Shown here piece after piece: positions 1-10,200 of a stretch of DNA of 34,408 bases (positions are counted from its first letter, which is position 1; every line of letters begins with the position of its first letter). The position numbers and the translations under genes were made by a program. The DNA lies in sequence record SRR31156797_23686; one strand, written 5' to 3'. Below the pieces are notes generated by a model that searched no databases, was not told the origin of the DNA, and worked only from the letters and a program-made list of their open reading frames with translations.

Positions 1-426
1 GTTGTTGTTACAGGTGTTGAAATGTTCCGTAAACTACTAGACCAAGCTATCGCTGGTGACAACATTGGTTGTCTGCTGCGTGGTATATCAAGAGATGAAA
101 TTGAGCGTGGACAAGTTCTTGCAGCTAAAGGCACAATCAATCCTCATACAAAGTTCAAAGGTCAAGTATATGTTCTAAAGAAAGATGAAGGCGGACGTCA
201 CACACCATTCTTCAATGGTTACAGACCACAGTTCTTCTTCCGTACAACAGACGTTACTGGTTCTATCGCTTTACCAGAAGGTACAGAAATGGTTATGCCT
301 GGAGATAACATCGAAATGAACATCGAACTAATCACACCAATTGCTATCGAGCAAGGTCTACGTTTCGCTATTCGTGAAGGCGGACGTACAGTTGGTTCAG
401 GTGCTGTTGTTTCTATCTCAGAATAA
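1..426 (+). CDS. tuf: Elongation factor Tu, C-terminal part (gene starts before the window)
   Basis: Frame is open from base 1 ([11 protein letters not shown]). Motifs [25 protein letters not shown] and [11 protein letters not shown] are present. Confidence 0.99.
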   Translation, partial: VVVTGVEMFRKLLDQAIAGDNIGCLLRGISRDEIERGQVLAAKGTINPHTKFKGQVYVLKKDEGGRHTPFFNGYRPQFFFRTTDVTGSIALPEGTEMVMPGDNIEMNIELITPIAIEQGLRFAIREGGRTVGSGAVVSISE

Positions 427-450
427 TAAATACCTAAATTAATTATTATT

Positions 451-484
451 AAAAGGATTGCCTTGAGGGTAGTCCTTTTATTTT
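451..484 (+). terminator. Intrinsic terminator after tuf
   Basis: Stem AAAAGGATTGCC / GGTAGTCCTTTT with G-U pairs, followed by a T-rich tail. Confidence 0.85.
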
Positions 485-487
485 GCC

Positions 488-516
488 TTGACAAATCTGC
501 GCTGCTATATTAGGAT
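488..516 (+). promoter_or_regulatory. SigA-type promoter of the arsR-family gene
   Basis: TTGACA (488-493), 17 bp spacer, TAGGAT (511-516). Confidence 0.7.
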
Positions 517-534
517 ATTAGTATAAACTAATAT
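515..534. promoter_or_regulatory. Putative ArsR operator 1 (inverted repeat)
   Basis: ATATTAGT-ATAA-ACTAATAT overlaps the -10/+1 region. A near-identical copy lies at 897-916. Confidence 0.75.
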
Positions 535-550
535 ATTGTGGGAATGATAA

Positions 551-880
551 ATGAAAGTTTTTATAGAAAAAACAGCCGAATATTTTAAAGCATTAGGAGA
601 TGCAACCAGACTAAAGATAATAAAAATGCTTGCTTCAAACAATGATAATTCCTTTTGTGTAAACGATATTGCTAATTCACTTAATATAACTCAATCTGCT
701 GTGTCGCAGCATTTAAGAGTACTTAGAAATATTGGACTGGTTAAAGCTAAGAAGCAGGGGATTTATGTATATTATATAATTGATATTGATGCAATGGCTG
801 AATTGAAAAATGATATTGATATGCTCTATGAAATGGCTTTTAAAAAATGTAATATGAGTTGTAATAAATGCAGTAAATAA
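551..880 (+). CDS. ArsR/SmtB family transcriptional repressor
   Basis: FKALGDATRLKII, HTH CVNDIA..LNITQSAVSQHLRVLR, and a Cys-rich C-terminal tail (CNMSCNKC). Confidence 0.95.
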   Translation: MKVFIEKTAEYFKALGDATRLKIIKMLASNNDNSFCVNDIANSLNITQSAVSQHLRVLRNIGLVKAKKQGIYVYYIIDIDAMAELKNDIDMLYEMAFKKCNMSCNKCSK

Positions 881-896
881 AAAATTTTTGATTTAA

Positions 897-916
897 ATAT
901 AAGTATATACTAATAT
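897..916. promoter_or_regulatory. Putative ArsR operator 2
   Basis: ATATAAGTATATACTAATAT is 18/20 identical to 515-534 and lies upstream of the RBS (AAAGGAG) of the next gene. Confidence 0.7.
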
Positions 917-945
917 ACTTAAATATAATTATAAAGGAGACGAAT

Positions 946-1335
946 ATGGAAAACAAATCAAAACTCAAGTCACAATTGATTTACATTCATTCACTGATGG
1001 CAATGTTATTAATTCAGTTTACTCATAAATTGGTGCGTGAAATTCCAGGGGCATTTAATCTGCCTGAAGCAGGCACAGGAGGCAGGATTGCAGTGTCTGT
1101 TATTGCAGGATTAACCTTAATAAGCATTTTGCTTATAGCATTCAGGAGAAGATGCGGCGTATATCTGGGATTACTAACAGCTGCTTTCATGATAATACAG
1201 CCTATACTAATTCATATTATAAAGGGGGTACCAGATCAGAATGGTGTATGGTGGTATCCTATCTTTCCATGGCTGCAGGCAATACTAATAATAGTATTTT
1301 CATTTAAATTACTAAGAAACGAGAGAAAGATATGA
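946..1335 (+). CDS. Small hypothetical membrane protein (about 4 TM)
   Basis: AAAGGAG RBS, four hydrophobic segments, and an ATGA overlap with the next gene. Confidence 0.85.
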   Translation: MENKSKLKSQLIYIHSLMAMLLIQFTHKLVREIPGAFNLPEAGTGGRIAVSVIAGLTLISILLIAFRRRCGVYLGLLTAAFMIIQPILIHIIKGVPDQNGVWWYPIFPWLQAILIIVFSFKLLRNERKI

Positions 1336-1889
1336 GTACACAAAAACCAATGTCAGCAGTAGCCTTTACATTTATGCGAGTAATAATGAACATAAGAGGG
1401 CAGATAAGAAATATTGACAATGAAATTAATTTTGTAGGATTAAATGCTGGAGACACAGTAGTAGATTATGGCTGTGGGCTGGGATTCAATACGATTCCTG
1501 CAGCAAAAGCAATAGGTAGTAATGGCAAGGTTTTTGCTCAAGATATTAGTCCTAGAGCTATAAAAATAGTAAATAAAAAGGCGAATAAAAATAACTTATC
1601 TAACATTGTGACATTGTTATCCGACTGCAGTATCAACTTAGATGATGTTTCTGCAGATATTGTTTATCTGCATAATGTTTTGCCTATGATAAAGGATAAA
1701 GAGAAGTCTCTGAAGGAAATTACTCGTGTGTTAAAATCTGGGGGCAGATTATCCTATACAAGCGGAAAGGGAGCTCGAGTATATGGAGAGGACAGTATAA
1801 GCGATGAACGCTTAAAAGAGATTTTGGCAGGTGATTATAAATTAATCAAAGAAAATGACGGACATATAATTTTTGAAAAGGTTAGATAA
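1332..1889 (+). CDS. Class I SAM-dependent methyltransferase
   Basis: Motif I VVDYGCGLG, post-I AQDIS, and motif RVLKSGG. Confidence 0.92.
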   Translation: MSTQKPMSAVAFTFMRVIMNIRGQIRNIDNEINFVGLNAGDTVVDYGCGLGFNTIPAAKAIGSNGKVFAQDISPRAIKIVNKKANKNNLSNIVTLLSDCSINLDDVSADIVYLHNVLPMIKDKEKSLKEITRVLKSGGRLSYTSGKGARVYGEDSISDERLKEILAGDYKLIKENDGHIIFEKVR

Positions 1890-1979
1890 TACTATATTCT
1901 TTTAGATTTATTAAATAAGGCAATAATTGTTAAAAGTAATTCTTTACTTTGTGTTAATATATCTTTGGAGGTAATATTT

Positions 1980-2267
1980 ATGAGTACTAATATAAAGATT
2001 ATTACAGGTGCTATTGACTATACAGAAGATAATTTGAATAATAAACTGACTTTGGATGAAATAGCCAAGGATGCAGGGTATTCCAAATATCATTTGCACA
2101 GAATGTTTTCATTTGTCACTGGGCAGTCAATCCATACCTATATAAAAAAGAGAAAGCTGACTGAAGCAGCTAGATATCTTGTAACTACAGACACTCCGAT
2201 TATTGATATTGTACTAGGTGCAGGATATGGTTGTCAGTAGTCTTTTCCATTAGCTGTTATCTGCTGA
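1980..2267 (+). pseudogene. Truncated AraC-family regulator (HTH fragment)
   Basis: GGAGG RBS then ATG at 1980. AIDY.EDNL..LTLDEIA..AGYSKYHLHRMF is typical of AraC. A TAG at 2238-2240 interrupts the second HTH (GYGCQ*SFPLA, versus the usual GY.SQQSF..AF), and the frame ends at a TGA about 9 codons later. Confidence 0.8.
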
Positions 2268-2294
2268 GCAGAATAGATACTCAGAACAAAAGGG

Positions 2295-2672
2295 GTGAAG
2301 TGCCGCCTATTAAGTCTGTACTTGGTAAACTTTTGTCTATATTCCTATATCAGAATATTCTGGATAATTTTCTTTGAACCCAGACATCTGGTGGATTTTT
2401 CTGCTAATTACCCAATGTACTGCATAGGCTATGTGGTATTATGCTCAATTTCTTTGTTTATTTTGACGTTGGTGCTGATATGGAATAAAAATAAAATTGG
2501 ATATATTATCGGAATTGTAATAGACAGTATTCATGTGGTGGTGACAGTGTTTATGGTGTTATTTAAATTGAATCCAGAGTTTGGATCAATAATCGTAATC
2601 ACTTCTAGTGGCTTGATAGTCATATTTTATATCTTAGGATTAAAGAAGGTGAATAATGAAGGAATACTATAG
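2295..2672 (+). CDS. Hypothetical membrane protein (about 4 TM), start uncertain
   Basis: Hydrophobic ORF with a layout resembling 946..1335. The RBS/start context is weak. Confidence 0.6.
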   Translation: MKCRLLSLYLVNFCLYSYIRIFWIIFFEPRHLVDFSANYPMYCIGYVVLCSISLFILTLVLIWNKNKIGYIIGIVIDSIHVVVTVFMVLFKLNPEFGSIIVITSSGLIVIFYILGLKKVNNEGIL

Positions 2673-2728
2673 GCAATAAAGGTAGAGCGAATATTCAATA
2701 TATTCGTCTGCGAGTTATAAAAATATTT

Positions 2729-2762
2729 AAATGCTGATATAATATTTTATCAGCATTTTTTG
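2729..2762 (+). terminator. Intrinsic terminator closing the accessory islet
   Basis: Stem AAATGCTGATA / TATCAGCATTT with a T-run. Confidence 0.8.
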
Positions 2763-2892
2763 TTTGCATGTTAACAGTAAATAGTATTATAGTAATCAAA
2801 TAATATAATAATAAATTTTACATAGATTATACTTATGATAAACAAATCGGGCATATGTCATTTAATAGTTTCGTAATTCTTGTGTGCATTCG

Positions 2893-2921
2893 TTGTAATA
2901 TTGTTCCTCATGGTGTAAAAT
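2893..2921 (+). promoter_or_regulatory. Putative SigA promoter of murB
   Basis: TTGTAA, 17 bp spacer, TAAAAT. Confidence 0.5.
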
Positions 2922-2966
2922 AAAAGAGGACGCGATTTACTCCTACTGTTTTGAAAGGAATGAAAA

Positions 2967-3884
2967 ATGATTGACACTGCTACTAGAGATGAGTTATACG
3001 AAATATTGAGCGAAAGCAGGGTGATACTAGATGCCGATATGGGTGACTGGACCTCATTCAAGGTAGGGGGTAAGGCTGACTGTCTCGTTCAGCCAAATAG
3101 TGTTGAGGAGATTAAGGAAATATTAACTCTTGTTAAGGAAAAGGATATTCCTTTCTATGTTGTTGGAAACGGTACAAATCTATTGGTAAGAGACGGAGGA
3201 TTTCCTGGCATTATTATAGGATTGTACCAGCATTTTAATGATGTGGACATAGATACTGAAACTGGGAATATAACAATGCAGTCAGGAGCTTTACTGTCTG
3301 CAGTTGCAAACTATGCATGCAGGAGCGGTCTGTCTGGAATGGAATTCGCAGGAGGTATTCCGGGATGTTTTGGTGGAGCTATCAGGATGAATGCAGGTGC
3401 ATATGACGGTGAGATATGTGACATAGTAGAGACTGTTACTGTAATGCATGAGGATTTGAGCATAAAAACATATACAAAAGATGAAATGGACTTTTCATAC
3501 AGGCATTCAAGGATACACAGCGGTGATTTGGTTCTTGAAGCAGTAATAAAGCTGACACCAGCAGATAAAGGCAAAATTCGTAACAAAATGGTTGGATTCT
3601 CTAAAAGGCGAAAGGAAAAGCAACCTCTTAATATGCCGTCTGCAGGTTCTACATTCAAAAGACCGGAAGGTAATTATGCTGGTACACTAATAGAGGAAGC
3701 AGGTCTCAAAGGCTATAGCATAGGCGGGGCACAGGTTTCAACGAAGCATTGCGGATTTGTAGTTAATACCGGCAAGGCAACAGCAAAGGACATTGAGGAG
3801 CTGACAGAATACATTGCAGAAAAAGTTTTTGAAAATTCTGGTATTAAAATGGAAAGAGAACTAATAATAATTGGAAACACATAG
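2967..3884 (+). CDS. murB: UDP-N-acetylenolpyruvoylglucosamine reductase
   Basis: SFKVGGKAD, GNGTNLLV.DGG, GIPG..GGAIRMNAGAY, FSYRHS, QP..PSAGSTFKRP. Confidence 0.97.
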   Translation: MIDTATRDELYEILSESRVILDADMGDWTSFKVGGKADCLVQPNSVEEIKEILTLVKEKDIPFYVVGNGTNLLVRDGGFPGIIIGLYQHFNDVDIDTETGNITMQSGALLSAVANYACRSGLSGMEFAGGIPGCFGGAIRMNAGAYDGEICDIVETVTVMHEDLSIKTYTKDEMDFSYRHSRIHSGDLVLEAVIKLTPADKGKIRNKMVGFSKRRKEKQPLNMPSAGSTFKRPEGNYAGTLIEEAGLKGYSIGGAQVSTKHCGFVVNTGKATAKDIEELTEYIAEKVFENSGIKMERELIIIGNT

Positions 3885-3911
3885 TATAATAAAAACAGGA
3901 AGGTAAAGAAA

Positions 3912-4775
3912 ATGCATCTTGTAATAATCACTGGAATGTCAGGAGCTGGTAAATCATATGCTCTGAATGTTTTGGAGGACATGGGATACTACTGCGTCGA
4001 TAATCTGCCGCCGGCACTGATAGACGAGTTTGTTGAACTGTTGGATTCATCAGAAAGTAAGAATACATCCAAGATTGCATTTGGTATCGATATCCGTGGA
4101 GGAGAATTCTTTAAAGAAGTCGATAATGCTATAGCTTATCTGAAAGCTAATAAAATAAGTGTAGAGACGCTGTTTTTGGATGCTGATGATGAAATTTTGA
4201 TATCCAGATATCAAGAAAGCAGGAGAACACACCCACTGTCACGCTCTGGAAGAGTAAAGGATGGAATCGACAGAGAACGAAAGATGCTCAGTGATTTTAA
4301 GGAAAGAGCTACATATATAATCGATACGACAAATACTTCAGTCTGGGACTTAAAACGAAGGGTAATATCACTGTTTTCAGCCAACTCAACTGAGGCTGGT
4401 GCATTTCCAGTAAATATAATATCTTTTGGGTTTAAACACGGTATGCCAAGTGATGTAGACTTGGTATTTGATGTGAGATTTCTGGATAACCCATATTATA
4501 TCGAGGAACTGCGTCATAACACTGGTCTGGATGATGATGTCCATGATTATGTTATGAGTAAAGAAGATGCAAGGATTTTTTTAGCAAAATTAATTGATAT
4601 GGTTGACTTTCTTTTGCCTTTATATATTAAGGAAGGTAAGGGTCAGCTATCGATAGCCATAGGATGTACTGGAGGAAAACATAGATCTGTTACATTGGCA
4701 TGTGAATTAGCACAGCACTTGGAAAAGGATAAGAACTACAGAATTATAACAGATCATATAAATATAAATATATGA
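3912..4775 (+). CDS. rapZ: RapZ/YvcJ family P-loop nucleotide-binding protein
   Basis: TGMSGAGKS, YCVDNLP, SFGFKHG, DVRFL.NP, GCTGGKHRSV. Confidence 0.97.
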   Translation: MHLVIITGMSGAGKSYALNVLEDMGYYCVDNLPPALIDEFVELLDSSESKNTSKIAFGIDIRGGEFFKEVDNAIAYLKANKISVETLFLDADDEILISRYQESRRTHPLSRSGRVKDGIDRERKMLSDFKERATYIIDTTNTSVWDLKRRVISLFSANSTEAGAFPVNIISFGFKHGMPSDVDLVFDVRFLDNPYYIEELRHNTGLDDDVHDYVMSKEDARIFLAKLIDMVDFLLPLYIKEGKGQLSIAIGCTGGKHRSVTLACELAQHLEKDKNYRIITDHININI

Positions 4776-6016
4776 TTAAGCATTTAAAATTTGCAAACAA
4801 ATTCAGATGGCTGGTAATAGGTACAAGAATAAAAAGATTTGTTCTGCTTGCTGCCTTGGGAATACTTACAACAGCTTCAGCCAGCTTTTTTATTGATACT
4901 AAAATCTATAAGATAATATTTTTTGTTGCTGGTCAAATCTTAACTATTGCTTCAATGTCAATAGTCATAGCCAAGCTGTGGCGTTCAAGCCCTAAAGGAC
5001 TAACATGGATAACAAGGGCAGATCAGATGTACAAGGAAACAAAACTTGATGCAGGTCCAAAAGTAGTGGCAATTGGCGGGGGCACTGGACTAAGTTCTAT
5101 GCTTCGTGCACTAAAGAGGATTACCAGCAATATTACAGCAGTTGTAACTGTTGCTGATAATGGTGGAAACTCAGGAGTCCTAAGAAAAGAGCTGGGGGTA
5201 CTGCCTCCGGGTGATATCAGAAACTGTATGATTGCGTTGAGTGCAACTGAGTCTTCTATGGAAGAATTACTGAATTACCGTTTTAAGGATGGCTCACTTA
5301 AAGGCTATAATATGGGGAATTTGTTTCTAGTTGCTATGAGCCAGCTCAATGGGGGGTTCCTCCAAGGAATACAAAAGGCTTCTGAGGTTTTAGCAGTTAC
5401 TGGACAGGTATTGCCTGTTACCTGTAATAATGTTCATCTTCATGCTGTAATGGATGATGGAAGGCAGATAGTAGGTGAAGAGCTAATAGGTATCGCTCAG
5501 AAAGAGCATGGCGGTCATATTGAAAAGGTTTCTCTGACTCCTAGTGATTGTAAAGTACTTCCACAGGTAATAGATGCTATTGATGAGGCTGAAATAATTA
5601 TCTTTGGTCCTGGGAGCCTTTATACATCAATTATCCCGAATTTACTGGTACCAAAAGTAGTTGCCAGCATAAAGAAATCTCAAGCAAAAAAAGTATACAT
5701 ATCAAACCTTATGACTCAGCCCGGAGAAACTGAAGGTTATAGCGTATCAGACCATGTAAATGCCATAGAGCAACATTCCTGCAAAAATCTATTTACTCAT
5801 ATAGTAGTTAATGATAATATAAAGATAGGAAAAGAAGTATTTGACAGATATCTGGATGAACTAGCTGAGCCGGTTTTACTGGATAATGAAATAATAAAAA
5901 ATAAGGACTACACTATAGTAAAAGAAGACTTAGAAGAAGTAGTGGACAAGAAAATCCGTCACTCAATGAGTAAGCTGGCACGCTGTGTAGAAAAAATCTA
6001 TAAAGAAGAAATTTGA
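4772..6016 (+). CDS. yvcK: YvcK/GlmR (CofD-like) protein with an N-terminal two-TM extension
   Basis: GGGTGLS, VADNGGNSG.LR, PPGDIRNC, GPGSLYTSIIPNL, NLMTQPGET. Lies between rapZ and whiA. Confidence 0.95.
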   Translation: MIKHLKFANKFRWLVIGTRIKRFVLLAALGILTTASASFFIDTKIYKIIFFVAGQILTIASMSIVIAKLWRSSPKGLTWITRADQMYKETKLDAGPKVVAIGGGTGLSSMLRALKRITSNITAVVTVADNGGNSGVLRKELGVLPPGDIRNCMIALSATESSMEELLNYRFKDGSLKGYNMGNLFLVAMSQLNGGFLQGIQKASEVLAVTGQVLPVTCNNVHLHAVMDDGRQIVGEELIGIAQKEHGGHIEKVSLTPSDCKVLPQVIDAIDEAEIIIFGPGSLYTSIIPNLLVPKVVASIKKSQAKKVYISNLMTQPGETEGYSVSDHVNAIEQHSCKNLFTHIVVNDNIKIGKEVFDRYLDELAEPVLLDNEIIKNKDYTIVKEDLEEVVDKKIRHSMSKLARCVEKIYKEEI

Positions 6017-6036
6017 TGTCTACTATTGGTGCAGCG

Positions 6037-6975
6037 ATGACATATTCAAGAAATGTAAAAGAAGAAATCTGCAATACTCCCCTTGGTAATCCATGCTGTC
6101 AAAAAGCTGAATTGGCAGCTTATGTCAGAACCAATGGCTCAATGGAGCTGGGTAATGGTGGAATTAAAATACGATTTGATATCAAATCTTTGGATACAGC
6201 CAAGAGAATATGTGGTATAATTAAATCACTGTATAGTATTGATGCGGATATTCTTGAAAAACAGGACAAGCGCTTTGGCAGAGTATACACTTATTCTATC
6301 AGGGTAAATGATGAAGATATAGCGAGAAAGATGCTGAAAGATACAGGCGTTCTGCTAGACGATAATGAGCACTATGATATTGAAAGTAAGTTGCCTAAAG
6401 GCTGTCTGCGGAGGACATGTTGTCAGAAGGCATACTTAAAGGGTGCATTTCTTGGGAGCGGTTCAATAACAGATCCTAAAAAGGAATATAGGATTGAATT
6501 TGCATCAAGAGATGCAGATACCGACCATCATATCAGGATGCTGATGAACTCAATGGGCGTAAAGTACTACACTAACGATAGACGAGGATGGCTGATAATA
6601 TATATTACTAGTTCTGAGGATATTATAAGTGTGCTTGCCATGCTGGGAGCTCATAAAAATCTGTTGGATATGGAGAACTTAATGGTTCTTCGTGTATTGC
6701 GAAATGATGTCAATAGACGGGTAAATATCGAGACAGCGAATCTTAGCAAGGTAGTTAATGCAGCCCAAAGGCAGATAAGAGCAATAGAGACACTGAAGAA
6801 GAATGATGCCTATGACAGCTTGCCAAAATCTATTAAGGCAGTAGCTGAAATAAGGATGAATGATAAAGAAGCAACTTTGGCAGATATGGCACAGATACTG
6901 GATATATCAAAGTCTGGTGTCAACCACAGACTGCGAAAGCTGATAAAATTTGCTCAGGATTATGAGACATGCTAG
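6037..6975 (+). CDS. whiA: DNA-binding protein WhiA
   Basis: AYLKGAFLGSGSITDP, RN.VNR.VN.ETANL.K, SKSGVNHRLRK. The ATG at 6037 gives the typical MTYS..VKEE start. Confidence 0.96.
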   Translation: MTYSRNVKEEICNTPLGNPCCQKAELAAYVRTNGSMELGNGGIKIRFDIKSLDTAKRICGIIKSLYSIDADILEKQDKRFGRVYTYSIRVNDEDIARKMLKDTGVLLDDNEHYDIESKLPKGCLRRTCCQKAYLKGAFLGSGSITDPKKEYRIEFASRDADTDHHIRMLMNSMGVKYYTNDRRGWLIIYITSSEDIISVLAMLGAHKNLLDMENLMVLRVLRNDVNRRVNIETANLSKVVNAAQRQIRAIETLKKNDAYDSLPKSIKAVAEIRMNDKEATLADMAQILDISKSGVNHRLRKLIKFAQDYETC

Positions 6976-7009
6976 TAGAAGTAATTAAGACGACGAAAGG
7001 ATGATTAAC

Positions 7010-7273
7010 ATGACTTCAAAGGAATTAACAATTAAAAGTGATGAGGGATTACAGTCAAGACCTGCTGCACTATTGGTTCAGGTAGCTGGCAAATTCCAGT
7101 CAACAATATGGATTGAACAAGGTTCAAAGAGAGTAAACGCAAAATCAATTATGGGCGTATTATCATTGAGATTGAAAAAAGGCGATTCATTCTTTGTAGT
7201 TGCAAAGGGCGATGACGAACAGGACGCAGTAGATACAATTGCTAGATTAATTGATACAGGTGTTGCAAGCTAA
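7010..7273 (+). CDS. crh: Crh-like HPr paralog (Gln15 in place of His15, Ser46 retained)
   Basis: Counting from ATG 7010, GLQSRPAA places Q at residue 15 and VNAKSIMG places S at residue 46. Same position after whiA as B. subtilis crh. Confidence 0.85.
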   Translation: MTSKELTIKSDEGLQSRPAALLVQVAGKFQSTIWIEQGSKRVNAKSIMGVLSLRLKKGDSFFVVAKGDDEQDAVDTIARLIDTGVAS

Positions 7274-7276
7274 AAA

Positions 7277-10200
7277 ATGAAGTTTACTCACCTGCATGTT
7301 CATACTGAATATTCACTATTGGATGGTGCTTCACCTATAAAGAATTTAATTGCCAGAGTAAAAGAACTTGGCATGGATTCCATAGCTATTACTGATCACG
7401 GAGTAATGTATGGTGTTGTAGATTTTTATAAAGAAGCATTGGCAAACAATGTGAAACCAATAATAGGATGCGAAGTTTATATGTCAAAGAACTCTCTCTT
7501 TGAAAGGGAGGGAAGCAGAGACAGAGAGGCTTCTCATCTTGTTTTGTTATGTAAAAATAATACTGGATATCAGAATTTAATAAAGCTGGTTTCAATCGGT
7601 TTCACACAAGGCTTCTACTACAAGCCTCGTATCGATTATGATACTTTGGAGAAGTATTCAGAGGGCTTGGTATGTTTATCTGCCTGTTTAGCAGGAGATA
7701 TTCCTAGATTACTGGAAGCTGGTCAGTATGAAAGCGCAAAAAAACTTGCACTTCGGTTAAACAATATGTTTGGTCAGGGTAATTTTTACTTAGAGCTGCA
7801 GGATCATGGAATCCTGGAGCAAAAGCAGATAAATAAACTGCTGGTAAACTTAGCTGATGAAATAAATATACCATTAGTAGCTACAAATGACTGCCATTAT
7901 ATTGCTAGAGAAGATGCCAGTGCACATGATGTACTGCTGTGCGTTCAGACGCAAGCTCAAGTAGATGATTCTGCCAGAATGCGCTTTGAAGGAGAGGAAT
8001 TCTATGTAAAGTCGCCTGATGAAATGGAGGAATTGTTCTCTTGGCGAAAAGACGCAATAGAAAATACTCAGATAATTGCTGATATGTGCAATATGGAGTT
8101 TGACTTTAATACTAGACATCTGCCAAACTTTGATGTGCCGGCAAAGTTTGGCACTGATCACTTTCAATATTTATACAATTTATGCCTAAACGGATTAAAG
8201 GCAAAATATAATGATATTACCGAGGAATTAACACAACGTCTGGATTATGAACTTGGAGTCATAAGCTCAATGGGTTTTACAGATTATTTCCTTATTGTGT
8301 GGGACTTTGTGCGCTATGCCCATGAAAGGGAAATTGAGGTAGGGTGCAGAGGTTCTGGTGCAGGTTCGTTGGTTTCCTATTGTCTGGGGATTACAGAAGT
8401 AGATCCTATAAAATATCAGCTGTATTTTGAGAGATTCTTAAATCCTGAACGTGTTTCGATGCCTGACTTTGATATAGACTTTGACGATGAAAGACGTCAT
8501 GAAGTAATAGAATATGTTAATGAAAAGTATGGGCATGACCATGTGGTGCAAATAATTACATTTGGTACTATGGCTGCTCGAGCAGTTATCAGGGATGTAG
8601 GCAGAGCTCTTGGCATGGGCTACGGTGAGGTAGATAGAATTGCTAAGATGATTCCATCTGAATTAAAAATAACAATAGATAAAGCTTTAGAGACAAACTC
8701 AGATTTAAAAGCTGTATACGATACTGATGAAAGTGTTAAGCAGTTGATTGATTATTCCAAGAAGCTGGAGGGTCTGCCTCGTCATGCTTCAACTCATGCA
8801 GCTGGTGTGGTTATTACCAAAGAACCAGCAACAAATTACGTACCGCTAAACAGAAACGGCGATATTATTACTACTCAGTTTACAATGGGTACAATAGAGG
8901 AATTGGGACTCTTGAAGATGGACTTTTTGGGATTGAGAACTTTGTCTGTTATCCAAAACACCTGTCAGCTGGCAAAGGAATCAAAAGGTGCAGATATTGA
9001 TGTTCATACTCTTGAAGTTGATAATAAAAATGTCTATGAACTTATTTCAAAGGCTGATACAGACGGGGTATTTCAATTGGAATCAGCTGGAATGCGGAAT
9101 TTCTTATCACGGCTAAAGCCTGATAATTTTGAGGAAGTAGTTGCAGCAATATCCCTATATCGTCCCGGTCCAATGGACTATATCCCACAGTATATAGCTG
9201 GAAAGAAGAATCCTGACAGCGTAAAATACGATCATCCAATCTTAGAGAAATCATTGGATGTAACATATGGATGTATGGTGTATCAGGAGCAGGTAATGCA
9301 GATTGTTCGTGATGTTGCTGGATATTCGCTTGGACGAAGTGACCTAGTCCGCCGCGCAATGTCAAAGAAAAAGCATAAAGTAATGGAAGAAGAGAGAGAA
9401 TACTTTATCCATGGTAAGGTTGAAAATGGTCAGGTTGTTATCCCCGGAGCTATACGTAACGGAGTAGACGAAAAAAGTGCTATGGTAATATACGAAAGAA
9501 TGATGAAGTTTGCCAACTATGCATTTAACAAGCCTCATGCTGCGTGCTATGCGCTGGTTGCGTATCGTACAGCATGGCTGAAGATTCACTATCCTGTAGA
9601 ATTTATGGCAGCAACTATGAATTCCTATCTTGGTTCTTCTACCAAGATTGCAAACTATATCAGATACTGTAAGAAGCATGATATTGATGTATTGCCGCCA
9701 AATGTGAATTCTTCCGGAGCAAGATTTAAGGTTGAGGGAGATAATATTCGTTTTGGGTTGGCTGCAATAAAAAATGTAGGCTATGCAGCAGTAGAGCAGA
9801 TACAGGATGAAAGAATATCCGGGGGAAGGTTTGTAGATTTCTTTGATTTCTGTGACAGATGTTCCCACTTTATTAATAAAAAAATGATAGAATCCTTGAT
9901 TTATGCAGGCGCATTTGATGAATTAGGAGCTTACAGGTCTCAGTTGCTGTTTATGTCAGAGGGTTACATTGAAAGTGTGCAAAAGGCAAGACGTCATAAT
10001 CATAAAGATCAGATATCAATATTTGAAATAGTAGGCGGTAAGGAGATACCAAAGCCCGAGTTGCCTAATTTAAATGAAATGGACAATAGGGAAAAGCTGC
10101 GAAAAGAAAAAGAAATGACAGGTATATATATTACAGGTCATCCATTGTCAGAGTACGAAGATATTATATCAAAATATACTATAAATTCTACTATGTTTGA

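Noticed and set aside
1332-1889. Arsenite methyltransferase (arsM) call
   Set aside because: The protein is short and lacks the conserved catalytic cysteine pattern of ArsM. ArsR adjacency alone is insufficient.
2238-2240. Possible pyrrolysine or stop-codon readthrough in the AraC gene
   Set aside because: A second stop follows within about 9 codons, TAG is a normal stop for other genes in the window, and no pyl genes are present.
4772-5040. N-terminal membrane extension on YvcK as a novelty
   Set aside because: TM-extended YvcK proteins are common in Clostridia and cyanobacteria.
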